NCBI GenBank assembly: GCA_963797095.1
Contig: CAWCNY010000002.1
Location: forward strand, 448,001-512,000
Direction: 5' to 3'
DNA: 64,000 nucleotides
DNA from: an uncultured Chloroflexia bacterium
GTDB taxonomy: Bacteria > Chloroflexota > Chloroflexia > QHBQ01 > JADMIH01
A program made the position numbers and the translations under genes. Of the stretch, positions 30,675 to 41,167 are shown one piece after another (within the stretch, counting starts at the first letter, position 1; every line of letters starts with the position of its first letter). The notes under the pieces were generated by a model, which saw only the letters and a program-made list of their open reading frames with translations, was not told where the DNA came from and did no database searches.

Positions 30675-31975
30675 CTATGGAGCCGTCCAACATCACCCTC
30701 CTGGCTCTCGGCTCGCGAGGGGATGTGCAGCCCTTTATCGCGCTGGGGCTTGGATTAATAGCGAAGGGCTTTGGCGTGCGTGTGGCCGCTGCCGAAGATT
30801 ACCGCGACCTGGTCGAATCGTACGAGGTTGCCTTCGCTCCCCTGGTTGGCAGCATACGCGATTTCATGGACCGCCAGATGATCTATGCCATGCTGGACGA
30901 GCCTGACAACCCTTTGCGCTTCATTACGGGCATGATGGACAGTGTGCGCCCTTTGATCGTGCGCCTGGTGGGCGATATCTACTCTGCCTGTCGCGGGGCA
31001 GACGCGGTGATCGCCTCCACCCTGGGCTACTATGGCGGCTATGACGTGGCTCAGGCCCTCGACATCCCCCTCTATGTGACACATCTTCACCCCAACGTGC
31101 CGACGCGGGCCCACCCGCACGTTTTCCTGCCGCATCTCGCTCCCTGGGTCCCGACCATCCTGCGTGGCTTGTACAACCGTCTTACCCATAAGCTGACGGA
31201 AGCCGCCTACTGGACCTTCATCCTGGGGCCGCTGAACCAGGCGAGACGTGAGGTGCTGGGTCTACCTCCTTTGCTGCCGGCTGATATAATAGAGCGCATC
31301 GGAAACCCGCTCAGGCCTATGTTGCATGCCTACTCTCCCCTGCTCACTCGTACGCCTCCCGATTGGGGTCGTGACGTTCACATTACCGGCTACTGGTTCC
31401 TCGATGAGCCGCCGAGCTGGACGCCCGACCCCGGCCTCGCGGACTTCCTGGGTGAAGGTGCGCCGCCGATATACGTCGGTTTCGGCAGCAACCTTGTGGG
31501 GCGCGATCCCGACCGGATCACCCTCCTGGTGTTGAGTGCCCTGGAGCGCACCGGGCAGCGCGGCATCATCCTGAGCGGCTGGGGCGACCTGGGGAACATC
31601 GACCTGCCCGATACCGTATATAAGGTGGAGAGCGTGCCGCATAGCTGGCTTCTCCCACGGGTGAAGGCGGTAGTTACCCACAGCGGGGCAGGGACGCTTG
31701 CCGCCGCGCTGAGAGCGGGCGTGCCTCCCATAGCTGTACCGTTCTTTGGCGACCAACTTTTCTGGTCGGAGCGAGTGTCGCGCCTGGGCCTCGGCCCTGA
31801 GCCTGTACCGCGCCGCGACCTGTCGGAGGATCGCCTCGTATCGGCAATCGAGCAGGTGCTTAATGATACAAGTATGCGCGAACGAGCAGCACTGTTAGGT
31901 AAGCGCATCAGCCAAGAGCGCGGCGTCGAGAACGCCCTACAGGCACTGGGTTGGGACAAAGCACCACCCCATTAG
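30671..31975 (+). CDS. GT1 family glycosyltransferase (sterol/lipid glucosyltransferase-like)
   Basis: GSRGDVQP, PPDW...TGYW, YVGFGS, PHSWLLP..HSGAGT, PFFGDQ.FW. Confidence 0.92.
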   Translation: MTMEPSNITLLALGSRGDVQPFIALGLGLIAKGFGVRVAAAEDYRDLVESYEVAFAPLVGSIRDFMDRQMIYAMLDEPDNPLRFITGMMDSVRPLIVRLVGDIYSACRGADAVIASTLGYYGGYDVAQALDIPLYVTHLHPNVPTRAHPHVFLPHLAPWVPTILRGLYNRLTHKLTEAAYWTFILGPLNQARREVLGLPPLLPADIIERIGNPLRPMLHAYSPLLTRTPPDWGRDVHITGYWFLDEPPSWTPDPGLADFLGEGAPPIYVGFGSNLVGRDPDRITLLVLSALERTGQRGIILSGWGDLGNIDLPDTVYKVESVPHSWLLPRVKAVVTHSGAGTLAAALRAGVPPIAVPFFGDQLFWSERVSRLGLGPEPVPRRDLSEDRLVSAIEQVLNDTSMRERAALLGKRISQERGVENALQALGWDKAPPH

Positions 31976-32037
31976 CCCGCAAGAACCACCACCTTCAAAC
32001 TTCAGACCATGACCTGCTAAGAGAAAAGAGACAACGA

Positions 32038-33024
32038 ATGCTACCGATAAGGATCGCGGGTATAGGACACTATCTGCCGGAGCGGCGCGTGACCAGCGCC
32101 GAGTTGGAGGAGCGCCTTGGCATACCTGCCGGGTGGGTGGAGCGCGTCACGGGCGTGCGCGAGCGCCGCTATTCGTCGGGGGATACAGGCGTGGATATGG
32201 CGGTTGCTTCCTGCCGTGCGGCCCTCGAAGCTTCGGGGGTGCGCCTGGATGATGTGGACGCAATCGTTGGCGCATCTACTGCTCCCCACCAGGCGATCCC
32301 CTGCACCGCAGCCCTGGTTGGGAGAGCGTTGGGCGCACCCGACGGCAAGAGCGCCTGCTGGGATGTGAATGCCACCTGCCTCAGCTTCATGTTTGCTCTG
32401 CAATCCGTAGCTCACATGGTATCGGCGGGCGTCTACCGCAACGTCCTCCTTTTCAGCAGCGAGCTTACATCTCTCTCACTCAATCCCAAAGAACGGGAAA
32501 GCGCCGTGCTGTTTGGCGATGCCGCCGCTGCCGTGCTGGTTACGCGCAGCGCCCAGAGCGAGGCAAGCAGTTTGTGGCGCTCTCATTTCGTCACCTACAC
32601 CAGCGGAGCGGAACTCACCCGCATAGTGGGCGGCGGCACCGCTCACCACCCCAACGACCCATCTACTACCCCCGAAATGAACCTTTTCAGCATGCAAGGC
32701 CCCGCCATCTTCAAGATGGGTGCGCGCTTCCTTGGCCCTTTCCTCGACGATTTCTTTCGCTCCATAGAGCTTGACCGCACCGGTTTCGATGCGGTGGTTC
32801 CGCACCAGGCCAGCAGACACGCTATAGAGATGCTCATAAAGCAAGGTATCAACCGCGAGCAGATTGTCATGAACCTTGCCACCAGGGGCAACTGCATCGC
32901 CGCCTCGATCCCCCTGGCCCTCTCCGAGGCTGTCCAGAGTGGCCGCGTCAACCGAGGCGATAACGTGTTGCTGGTGGGCAGTGGCGCAGGTTTCACACTT
33001 GGGGCGATGGCGCTGACATTTTAG
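32038..33024 (+). CDS. 3-oxoacyl-ACP synthase III (FabH-like) condensing enzyme
   Basis: DVNATCLSF (catalytic Cys), LFGDAAAA, PHQAS, GNCIAASIP, GSGAG. Confidence 0.92.
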   Translation: MLPIRIAGIGHYLPERRVTSAELEERLGIPAGWVERVTGVRERRYSSGDTGVDMAVASCRAALEASGVRLDDVDAIVGASTAPHQAIPCTAALVGRALGAPDGKSACWDVNATCLSFMFALQSVAHMVSAGVYRNVLLFSSELTSLSLNPKERESAVLFGDAAAAVLVTRSAQSEASSLWRSHFVTYTSGAELTRIVGGGTAHHPNDPSTTPEMNLFSMQGPAIFKMGARFLGPFLDDFFRSIELDRTGFDAVVPHQASRHAIEMLIKQGINREQIVMNLATRGNCIAASIPLALSEAVQSGRVNRGDNVLLVGSGAGFTLGAMALTF

Positions 33025-33092
33025 GAGTTCCTGGTTCCAAGTTCCAAGTTGGGGGAGTGCAAACCAGGAACCAGGAACCAGGAACCAGGAAC
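33025..33092. repeat. Inverted heptamer arrays (GTTCCWR / CCAGGAA x4)
   Basis: gttcctggttccaagttccaagtt ... aaccaggaaccaggaaccaggaaccaggaac. Confidence 0.85.
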
Positions 33093-33093
33093 T

Positions 33094-33883
33094 TTGAAAA
33101 CAGCCTTAGTAACAGGCGGAGGAACCGGTATCGGAGGCGGGATTGCGCTTGCATTGGCCCGTCGTGGGTACGGCGTGGCACTGGCCGGTCGGCGCGCCGA
33201 TCCCCTGAATGAGGTGGCCCGCCTGTTGGAGGGTCGTGGGGCGCGCTGTAGCTCTTCCCGCCGACCTGTCGAATCCCGCTGAACTTGGTGGCCTTTTAGA
33301 GCGTGTGCGCCTGGCTCTTGGCCCTCTTGACCTGCTTGTGAACAACGCGGGCACCATGGTGGGCGGCAACCTTGCTTCGCTTACCTACGAAGAGGTATCC
33401 AGAGCGGTCGCGACCAATCTCACCGCCCCTATCGAGCTAACCCGCCAGGCGCTTCCCGATTTGCGCGAGCGCCGGGGCGCGGTAATCTTCATCGCTAGCA
33501 CCATGAGCATCGTGCCCATGCCCTCAGCCTCCATCTACTCCGCTACCAAGGCAGGCATCAGGGCTTTCGCGGATAGCATCCGCTATGAGCTTGAGCCTGC
33601 GCGCGTGCGCGTGCTGGTGGCCTACCCTCCACCCACCGATACGGCCATGATCAGGGGTATGGATCGCGTTTCCGGCCTGCCGCGCTTCCCCAAGCGCAAC
33701 CCTGCGTTAGTTGGCGAGCAAATAGTGCGCGCCCTTGTGGAGGGACGCAAAGAGCTAATCTTCGTCGGCGACCGCGCTTTCTCCCTCCTCTATAGGATGT
33801 CTCCCTCCCTGGTAAGAGCCATATTTCGCACACAGCGCGCCCGCTTTGAAAGGATGATGATGTCCACGCGGAGGGAGCGATAG
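33094..33883 (+). pseudogene. SDR family oxidoreductase with one frameshift near 33238-33241
   Basis: TGGGTGIG lies in ORF 33049-33282; NNAG and YSATK lie in ORF 33209-33883; the frames join at a G4 run (may be a sequencing error). Confidence 0.8.
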
Positions 33884-33947
33884 CTTCTCGTTTGGTGTAT
33901 ACTTTGGAACCTTGAATCTTGAGCCGTGAATACTTGCGAGGAAAACC

Positions 33948-34991
33948 TTGTCTATTGAAACCTATTTGCAAGCCATACCCAAAGCCGAACTACACGTTCA
34001 CCTCGAAGGCTCAATCCTCCCCGGCACCCTCCTTACCCTGGCGCGGAACAACAACGTGGCTTTGCCTGCCAACACCGTCGAAGGACTGCGTGAATGGTTC
34101 CGTTTTCGCGACTTCCCTCATTTTGTCGAGATCTACGTTGCCATTACCCGCTGCCTGCGCACAGCCGCCGATTACGAGCTGGTAGTTCACGAGTTCGGGG
34201 CCGAGATGGCCCGCCAGAACGTGCGCTACGCTGAGGCGACCTTTACCCCCGGCACCCACCACGCGCTCGGTGTGCCGTTTGATGTTTATTTTGCCGGCCT
34301 TACGCGAGGCCGCGAGCGCGCACGCGCCGACTTCGGCGTGGAAATTACGTGGATTTTCGACATTGTGCGCGACAACCCCGACCCCAAGCACCCGGAATAC
34401 ACTCTCTGGGCAGCAATCGAAGGTATGCAGGATGGTGTGATCGCCCTCGGACTTGGCGGCTATGAAGCTCCCCATCCGCCGGATAGCTTCGCCCCCTGGT
34501 TCGAGCGCGCACGGCAGGCGGGCCTACATACCATTCCTCACGCGGGCGAAACCGGCGGCCCCGACAGTGTTTGGAGCTCAATCCGCAAGCTACATGCCGA
34601 ACGGCTGGGCCACGGCGTGCGCTCCATCGAAGACCCCGCTTTGGTCCAATACCTGGCCGAAAGCGGCATCCCGCTTGAGGTTTGCCCCACCAGTAACATG
34701 CGTCTGGGCCTCTACAGCGGCGTCGCCACCCACCCGATGCGCCGCCTCCACGATGCAGGCGTGGTGGTCACCATCAACTCCGACGATCCGCCCCTATTTA
34801 ACACAACCCTCAATGACGAGGTGGCCTTGCTTCATAATGGCTTTGGCTTCGACCTGAATAGCATAGACGAGATAATTCTGAACGGGATGCGCTACGCCTG
34901 CCTCGCTCCCGACCGCAAAGAGGCCATGCTTGGGCAGTTTCAGGCGGAGATGTCCTCACTGAAAGCCGAGCATAGTATTGGGCCTCAGTAA
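33948..34991 (+). CDS. add: Adenosine deaminase
   Basis: PKAELHVHLEGS, HAGE, ERLGHG, EVCPTSN, NSDDP. Confidence 0.93.
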   Translation: MSIETYLQAIPKAELHVHLEGSILPGTLLTLARNNNVALPANTVEGLREWFRFRDFPHFVEIYVAITRCLRTAADYELVVHEFGAEMARQNVRYAEATFTPGTHHALGVPFDVYFAGLTRGRERARADFGVEITWIFDIVRDNPDPKHPEYTLWAAIEGMQDGVIALGLGGYEAPHPPDSFAPWFERARQAGLHTIPHAGETGGPDSVWSSIRKLHAERLGHGVRSIEDPALVQYLAESGIPLEVCPTSNMRLGLYSGVATHPMRRLHDAGVVVTINSDDPPLFNTTLNDEVALLHNGFGFDLNSIDEIILNGMRYACLAPDRKEAMLGQFQAEMSSLKAEHSIGPQ

Positions 34992-34998
34992 GATCTAG

Positions 34999-35035
34999 AG
35001 AGGGGCAAATCGATGGTTAGCCGATTTGCCCCTCT
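34999..35035. terminator. Intrinsic terminator between add and the PBP gene
   Basis: agaggggcaaatcg / cgatttgcccctct 14-bp stem followed by a T-rich tract. Confidence 0.8.
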
Positions 35036-35056
35036 TTCATTTTTCTATGAATTATC

Positions 35057-37867
35057 TCACGGTATGGGTGTTGGATAGACGATCCCCGGCATCGGAGTCG
35101 GCTTGACGTTGGGCTGGTCTTTCGTCGGGGCCGCATGCAATTGCTTGTTCTTATCCCTGTAGGTAGTGCAGCCCTTCGGCGGGTTCTCTTCCAGGAAGTA
35201 GTCGTTGATGTCGCCCTTCTCCGAGCAGGCCCACGCCTTGATAAGGCCGTCAGGCTCAATGAAGTCGCGTTGGAGTTTCCCGTTCGGACCCTCCACCAGG
35301 TCCACAAAGCCGGGGTTCTTATAGAACGCTTCCATGAAGTTGTGCCAGATAGTGGCCGCACCTATAGCGCCCGTCACCTTCGCCATCTCCGCGTTGTTGT
35401 TGTTACCAACCCACACGCCTACCGTCAGGTTGGGTGTATATCCCAGCGTCCAGCTGTCGCGGTTGTCGTCGGTGGTGCCGGTCTTGGCCGCCGCCGGGAA
35501 ACTCACCTTTAGCGCGCTGTTCGAGCCGAATTCGGGGGTGCGTGCCTTGTTATCGGATAGGATCGAGGTAATCATGTAAGAAATGCGGGGGTCCAGCACC
35601 TGATCGCCTGACGGATTGTCGTCCAACTGGTAGATCGTGCGCCCTTGAGCGTCCTCTATTCTCAAGATAGGGTTGGCATCGATCTCGCGCCCCCCGTTGG
35701 CAAAGGTCGAGTAAACGTTGGTCATGTCGAGCAATGTCACCTCTCCACCGCCAAGCGTCAGCGACAAGCCGTAGAAGCTGGAGTCGTAGATCAGGCTATC
35801 CTTGCTCTTCAATCCCATCTCGCGGGCAAAGTCGATTGTGTCCTGCACGCCCGCAAACTGAATCGCCTTCACGGCGGGTATATTGAACGAATTGGCGAGG
35901 GCTTCACGGACTGTCACCCAGCCGTGATCTTGCCCATCGTAGTTATGGGGTGTGTAGTCTTTCTGGCCGGGGTTGGGGAAGGCCGTAAGCGTGTCCAGTA
36001 AGACCGTGCCGGGCGACCATCCCTTCCGGAAAGCATTGGCGTAGGTTATCGGCTTGAACGACGACCCAGGCTGGCGCGGGCGCGTTGCCACATTCACCTG
36101 CCCATCTATCGATTGGTCGTTGTAATCTACTGAACCGACCATCGCCAGGATCTCTCCCGTGTTGGGCTTCATCACCACCATGGCGGCGTTGGTCGCCTTC
36201 TGCGCGCGCAGGTCGGCTATCCTGTCGTGGGCTACCTGCTGTGCCGTGTCTTGCACGTTCAGGTCCAGCGTGGTATACACCTTGAGGCCCGCGTTGGCGG
36301 CGGCAGGGCCGTACTTTTGCTCAAGATATTCCTTCACATAATATACGAAGTGAGGGGCTTTAATACTCGGCTCTTCGCGATTGAGCACGATCTGGTAGTT
36401 TACAGCTTCGGTTTCCTGCTCAGACGTGATCATCCCCTGTTTTTCCATCTGGTCGAGTGTGTAAAGCTCACGCTCGCGCGCTCCGTCGTAATTCTTGAGC
36501 GGATCGTCGGCGTCCGGTGATTGTGCTAACCCCGCGATCAATGCGGCTTCGGCCAGATTGAGGTCTTGGGCGCTCTTGCCAAAGTAGGTGCGAGCAGCGG
36601 CCCCCACCCCGTATGCACGGTGGCCGTAATACGTCTGGTTGAGATAAAGCTCCATTATGTACTCTTTGGAGTACGTGCGCGTCATCTCAACTGCGAGTGC
36701 GGCTTCTTTGATCTTGCGCGTAAGCGACGTTTCAGTTCGCTCGTCCAGCGACATAAAGATATTGCGCGCAAGCTGCTGCGTAATAGTCGATGCGCCCGAG
36801 GAGCCATCGTCCTGCCTCAGGTTGATCACGACGGCGCGAGCTATGGCATACGGGTCGATGCCGGCGTTGGTCCAGAAACTGGCATCTTCAGCCGCCACGG
36901 TCGCGCTGATCACCAGCGGCGAAATCTCGTCAAGGCTGAGCTCTTCGTGCAAGCCGGTTTCTTCGTCCACGAAGTCATATAGTGGCACACCATTGCGGTC
37001 GTATATCTTGGTGGTCTGGGCCATGATGCCGTTATCGGCGATGCCTTGTGCCAGGTGATCGGGGTCAACCGGTGGCAGTTGGCTCAGGTAGTAACCTGCG
37101 CCTGCGAACCCGGCCCCCATACCCGTGCTTGTCAACAGGAAGAGGAACACAAAAAGCACGATCACAATACGGGCTGTCACGCCCATCGCCCCACCTTTGC
37201 CGTGGCGGTGCGCGGCGGCGAGCGCTCGCACGTTACCCACCCTGGAACGGGCGCGCAATTGCCGGTGGCGCATCAAAAAGGCCGGGAGCGGGCGCTTGCC
37301 CGACTGCCTGCGTCTGCCTCTTCCTGCGGTGGATGGTAGTAAGGGCCATTCTTGCGTTTTCAGCCTGAGCCTCAGCCCCGCCAGGTCCGACTCGCGCAGG
37401 GGCGCGGTCGGAGCGATGGTTCCCATCCCATTGGTGACTATATCTTTGGTGTCGAAATTGATCCGGGCTTTCTGCCCGTTGCCGTTGGTTGCATCTAAAT
37501 TGAGTTTGCCGGTGCTATTGCGCGCACCCACACCGTGGCCGTTGCCGTTCCCATTAGGATTGCCGTTGGCATAGCCAATGCTCAGTTGGCTCGTGCTGCC
37601 GATGCGCACCCGAACAGGACGCACGCCACCGGCCCGTTGAAGATCGACGGTGCTACCATACCCATTGCCACTACCGTTATCGTTGCTCGAATCGTCGTTG
37701 GTCGGGCTTGCAACCTCGGTTATCTCTTGAGTGCTCTGATCGCCCTGTATCGAGTTGTTCTCGATGTCTTTGCTCTTGCCGTTGGTGTGGCCGTTCCGCC
37801 TGGGCTTCGGTGTTCCCTTGCCCCCTGCTTCGTCAGCCACCTGCCGTTCGTTCTTTGTGTCAGCCAT
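35057..37867 (-). CDS. Class A (PBP1A-type) penicillin-binding protein with a long disordered N-terminus
   Basis: Transglycosylase EDASF, GASTITQQLARN, RKIKE; transpeptidase SSFK, SFN, KTGT. Confidence 0.95.
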   Translation of the reverse strand: MADTKNERQVADEAGGKGTPKPRRNGHTNGKSKDIENNSIQGDQSTQEITEVASPTNDDSSNDNGSGNGYGSTVDLQRAGGVRPVRVRIGSTSQLSIGYANGNPNGNGNGHGVGARNSTGKLNLDATNGNGQKARINFDTKDIVTNGMGTIAPTAPLRESDLAGLRLRLKTQEWPLLPSTAGRGRRRQSGKRPLPAFLMRHRQLRARSRVGNVRALAAAHRHGKGGAMGVTARIVIVLFVFLFLLTSTGMGAGFAGAGYYLSQLPPVDPDHLAQGIADNGIMAQTTKIYDRNGVPLYDFVDEETGLHEELSLDEISPLVISATVAAEDASFWTNAGIDPYAIARAVVINLRQDDGSSGASTITQQLARNIFMSLDERTETSLTRKIKEAALAVEMTRTYSKEYIMELYLNQTYYGHRAYGVGAAARTYFGKSAQDLNLAEAALIAGLAQSPDADDPLKNYDGARERELYTLDQMEKQGMITSEQETEAVNYQIVLNREEPSIKAPHFVYYVKEYLEQKYGPAAANAGLKVYTTLDLNVQDTAQQVAHDRIADLRAQKATNAAMVVMKPNTGEILAMVGSVDYNDQSIDGQVNVATRPRQPGSSFKPITYANAFRKGWSPGTVLLDTLTAFPNPGQKDYTPHNYDGQDHGWVTVREALANSFNIPAVKAIQFAGVQDTIDFAREMGLKSKDSLIYDSSFYGLSLTLGGGEVTLLDMTNVYSTFANGGREIDANPILRIEDAQGRTIYQLDDNPSGDQVLDPRISYMITSILSDNKARTPEFGSNSALKVSFPAAAKTGTTDDNRDSWTLGYTPNLTVGVWVGNNNNAEMAKVTGAIGAATIWHNFMEAFYKNPGFVDLVEGPNGKLQRDFIEPDGLIKAWACSEKGDINDYFLEENPPKGCTTYRDKNKQLHAAPTKDQPNVKPTPMPGIVYPTPIP

Positions 37868-38173
37868 AATTACCCAGTCTGATCAAATCATCTAGTAGTT
37901 AGGGATGTAAGACCTGCTTCTCCGCGCTAATATGAGTATAGCATAATCTATACCCGAAGCGCCCTCTTTGCCTTCACCCACACCGTTAAACGAAGCAATA
38001 TGCGATTTGATGCAAGAATCACGATCCCTTATTCGTCTTCCCAGGTAGACATATTGCCCGCATGATCCTCTAAGACCTATAATAAGGCCACCATCTTCCA
38101 CTACCAATGAGCAATTGTACTATGCTATGTTACGCTAACAACGCATCAGACCACATTCGTGAGGGGGAGCATT

Positions 38174-39256
38174 ATGAACAGAGTAGCCACCGGAAATGTC
38201 ATATTGGCCGAGCCTGACGTAGCCGAGGCCGTGCCTGATGTGCTCAACCGTTCAACTCCGCAGCCTCTTGAGTGGTCCGGCGTCCTCGCCCAGAAAGGTT
38301 ATGTGCTGGGCGCAGACATAAGCGGCGACGGTGAGCGTGTGGTGCTGGCCGACCTGCGCGGCAGCGTGGTGGGTCGCTCGGAGCAGGCTCATGGCAGGGC
38401 TGCCGATGCCGACGGCGGCATTGCGGGTATATCCCCCGCCGAAGTGGTTGATCGGGTTTCCGGCATGATGCGCGCTCTCCTGAAAGAGCACCGTATCAAG
38501 CCTCGCGAGGTTCTGCGGGCGGCTGTTGGTTTCGGCGGGCCGGTAGACGCTTTGCTCGGCCAGGTGCGTATGCACCATGACGCGCCCGGTTGGGAGGGTT
38601 TCGCGCTAGCTGAGAGCGTGGAAACCGTCCTCGATGTGCCCACCTATCTCGAAAATGATGCCCGTTTGGCCGCTTTGGGCGAAGTATGGTTCGGTGCGGG
38701 CCGTGGCACCTCCGATTGCGATATGGTGTACGTCCATTGGAGCACAGGCGTAGGCGGCGGGATCGTTATCGATGGCAAGCTCCTGCGCGGCGCATCGACC
38801 ATCGCGGGCGAGATCGGCCACACAGTGGTTCATACAGGCGATGATGCCCTCCCGTGCAGGTGTGGAGGCAAAGGCCACCTCGAAGCTTACGTGCGCGGTA
38901 CGGCGCTCCTCGCAAGGGCGCGCGCCTTGCTTGGCGAGCCTGATGCCCCTGACGATATCGCCTCACTATTCGCACAGGCCGAGTTTCACCTGCCGATTCA
39001 TGGCCTGCTGGATGAAGCAGTTTCTCTACTGGGTGTGACTGTCGCCAATCTTATCACGCAGATCAATCCTAACCTGGTGGTCATAGGGGGTAGCGTGGCG
39101 CGCCACGCTGGCGACCTCATCCCGCGCATCTCAGACTTTGCTCTCCGGTCAGCGATGCCCCTATCGTCCCTGGACGTCCATATTATGCCCGCCCGGCTAG
39201 GCGACGAATCCACACTTATGGGCGCGGTAGCTCTGGCCCTCGACAGCCTACGATAA
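38174..39256 (+). CDS. ROK family protein (sugar kinase-like)
   Basis: ENDARLAALGE, STGVGGG, GEIGH, CRCGGKGHLE. Confidence 0.92.
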   Translation: MNRVATGNVILAEPDVAEAVPDVLNRSTPQPLEWSGVLAQKGYVLGADISGDGERVVLADLRGSVVGRSEQAHGRAADADGGIAGISPAEVVDRVSGMMRALLKEHRIKPREVLRAAVGFGGPVDALLGQVRMHHDAPGWEGFALAESVETVLDVPTYLENDARLAALGEVWFGAGRGTSDCDMVYVHWSTGVGGGIVIDGKLLRGASTIAGEIGHTVVHTGDDALPCRCGGKGHLEAYVRGTALLARARALLGEPDAPDDIASLFAQAEFHLPIHGLLDEAVSLLGVTVANLITQINPNLVVIGGSVARHAGDLIPRISDFALRSAMPLSSLDVHIMPARLGDESTLMGAVALALDSLR

Positions 39257-39273
39257 TTACAGGCTACCGGCAA

Positions 39274-39993
39274 CTATCCCGCAGCCAGGTGCTCGGCGCG
39301 CTTCTTGATCCCTATAAGCATTCCGCGCTCCATGATGAACTCGCCTATGTCGAGCAAACCCGTCACGAGCAGGGATGCGAGCGTGGGCCACGGCGATTTC
39401 TTGAGGTTGTTCAGGGTCTCTTTATTCAGCATCATCCCGAAATCGAAGTGCGCTCGCCACCTCGCCACAAGACGAGTGCGCCCATCTTTCAGGTCGCGCA
39501 AATGCCACACCCAGGACAGAGACATTTCGTCCTGGTTGGCTGCTGTCACCAGCAGTTTGTTCGGCTCAACCGCCTTCACCACAGGCCCCATACCATCGGG
39601 CGACAGCGGAATTACATCGCCTACCTTCAGGTCCTGCATCTCAGGCACAACCCAATCGATGCTGTGGATATCAAGCCCTGCCAGATTCTCCAGCCAGTCA
39701 TATGTGTACAGACCACCCCTACCCTGACCCATTTGCGCAAGCCACGGCCACACATCCTCAGGGGGCGCATTTATAGTCACCGCACGCGTTGTGTTGAATT
39801 TCGGCTTCTCCACCAGCTCATCGCCCGGCATTATCATCTTGACTTCTTCGTCGGTCGCGCCCCACCTGTGCTGCCACGGCTTGATCGCGCGCCGGTATAC
39901 CGTACTTACTGCGGCTCCCACCAGCGCGATCTTGCTTGCAATACGCACGATTCTCCTGGATGCCGGTGCCCCTCTCCTGGTTTTCGATCTCAT
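39274..39993 (-). CDS. SRPBCC-like family protein
   Basis: WGATDEE...MPGD, TRAVTINAPPEDVWPWLAQMGQGRGGLY.YDWLEN, MERGML.GIK.RAE. Confidence 0.8.
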   Translation of the reverse strand: MRSKTRRGAPASRRIVRIASKIALVGAAVSTVYRRAIKPWQHRWGATDEEVKMIMPGDELVEKPKFNTTRAVTINAPPEDVWPWLAQMGQGRGGLYTYDWLENLAGLDIHSIDWVVPEMQDLKVGDVIPLSPDGMGPVVKAVEPNKLLVTAANQDEMSLSWVWHLRDLKDGRTRLVARWRAHFDFGMMLNKETLNNLKKSPWPTLASLLVTGLLDIGEFIMERGMLIGIKKRAEHLAAG

Positions 39994-40111
39994 TTCTGGA
40001 CCTCCCATTATGCTGCTCGCCGGTTCTCCTATATGTGAAGCTGAGCGGTGGCGCATCCTGAAGCGCCACCGCCTGATTATTGCTTACAGTTTCATCTATT
40101 TCATTTACCCA

Positions 40112-40585
40112 CTAAGTAGCATGCAGGACCGGCGTGCCCACCTTCTCAAGCGCTGCACGTGCCCACGACGCGGCCCTGTCAAGCTCACCCTGCTCTAGTG
40201 GCCCTTCTTTGCCGCTCACAAAGAAGCTTTCGGCGGGCATGATCAGTTTGCAGCCCAGGTGTTGCAGCTTCTTGGCTATCTTGTCGGCGGCAGAGCCTGA
40301 AACCCACTCGGCCATATGCACTCGCGTGTCGAACACTATAGCCGGTGTGCCCTTCACGGCATCGGCCGGTATTCTGTCGAGCAGGTCTTCTATCTTGGGC
40401 GATAGCCCGTGCCTTTGCGTGGGTCCGCCCATCACCAACAGATTTATCCCAGCCAGGTCTTCGACCGCCAGGGTCCCGGCGGGCACCGTCCTTACATGCC
40501 CGTATTGTCGCAGGGTGTTGGCGATGGCCTCAGTTATCTCCCAGGTGTTCCCGTACAGCGAATCGTAAATAACCAATGTGTTCAT
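40112..40585 (-). CDS. Flavodoxin domain protein
   Basis: YDSLYGNT, GGPT, FDTR, EGPL..GEL.RA..W. Confidence 0.9.
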   Translation of the reverse strand: MNTLVIYDSLYGNTWEITEAIANTLRQYGHVRTVPAGTLAVEDLAGINLLVMGGPTQRHGLSPKIEDLLDRIPADAVKGTPAIVFDTRVHMAEWVSGSAADKIAKKLQHLGCKLIMPAESFFVSGKEGPLEQGELDRAASWARAALEKVGTPVLHAT

Positions 40586-40597
40586 AGCAATTCTCCT

Positions 40598-41002
40598 TTA
40601 CCTCAGTTGCTCCGCGACCTGGTCGCCCCACGGTGTGAGCAGAACGATCAGTACCGCCAGATCCACCACTACTGCGCCTATTGCCGAGAATATCGGCATG
40701 ATGTTCAGCCAGGGTACGATAGCCACCAGCGACAGCACTGCCGATACGACCGCCAGCGACTGCCACCACTCTTGTTGGAAGATTACCCCCAGCCCTGCTC
40801 CGATAAATGCGATGAGCGCCACCAGCCACAAAACACCGAATGCCTTGCCCAGTGCGCTCTCCATCGTCACATCGTTTGATAGGAGCCAATGGCCCGGTGT
40901 AAGCCCGCTCGGTACAGTTGTCCAGGCAGCGAGCATGCCCATCGAATGCCCGATGCCATGCGCTATCAGCACTATTCCCACGATCCATCGCAACATTTCC
41001 AT
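40598..41002 (-). CDS. Small four-TM membrane protein
   Basis: Hydrophobic helices; HGIGH motif; GGAGGG-like RBS. Confidence 0.65.
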   Translation of the reverse strand: MEMLRWIVGIVLIAHGIGHSMGMLAAWTTVPSGLTPGHWLLSNDVTMESALGKAFGVLWLVALIAFIGAGLGVIFQQEWWQSLAVVSAVLSLVAIVPWLNIMPIFSAIGAVVVDLAVLIVLLTPWGDQVAEQLR

Positions 41003-41130
41003 GCCCTCCTACCAGTAATACTCGGCGGAGTAAAACTCCGCCAAATACAGGATAGTTTCTCCCGGTGAAAAAGAGGGTATAGCAAGGTAGACATCCGGTA
41101 ACAAACGCTTAGCCCGACCCTAAATGCCTA

Positions 41131-41166
41131 TTGACAGATCCATTAAGTTAGTGTATGCTCACTAAC
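41131..41166 (+). promoter_or_regulatory. tetR promoter with an overlapping palindromic operator
   Basis: TTGACA-17 nt-TATGCT; GTTAGTG-N6-CACTAAC (41147-41166) encloses the -10; ATG at 41168. Confidence 0.8.
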
Positions 41167-41167
41167 A

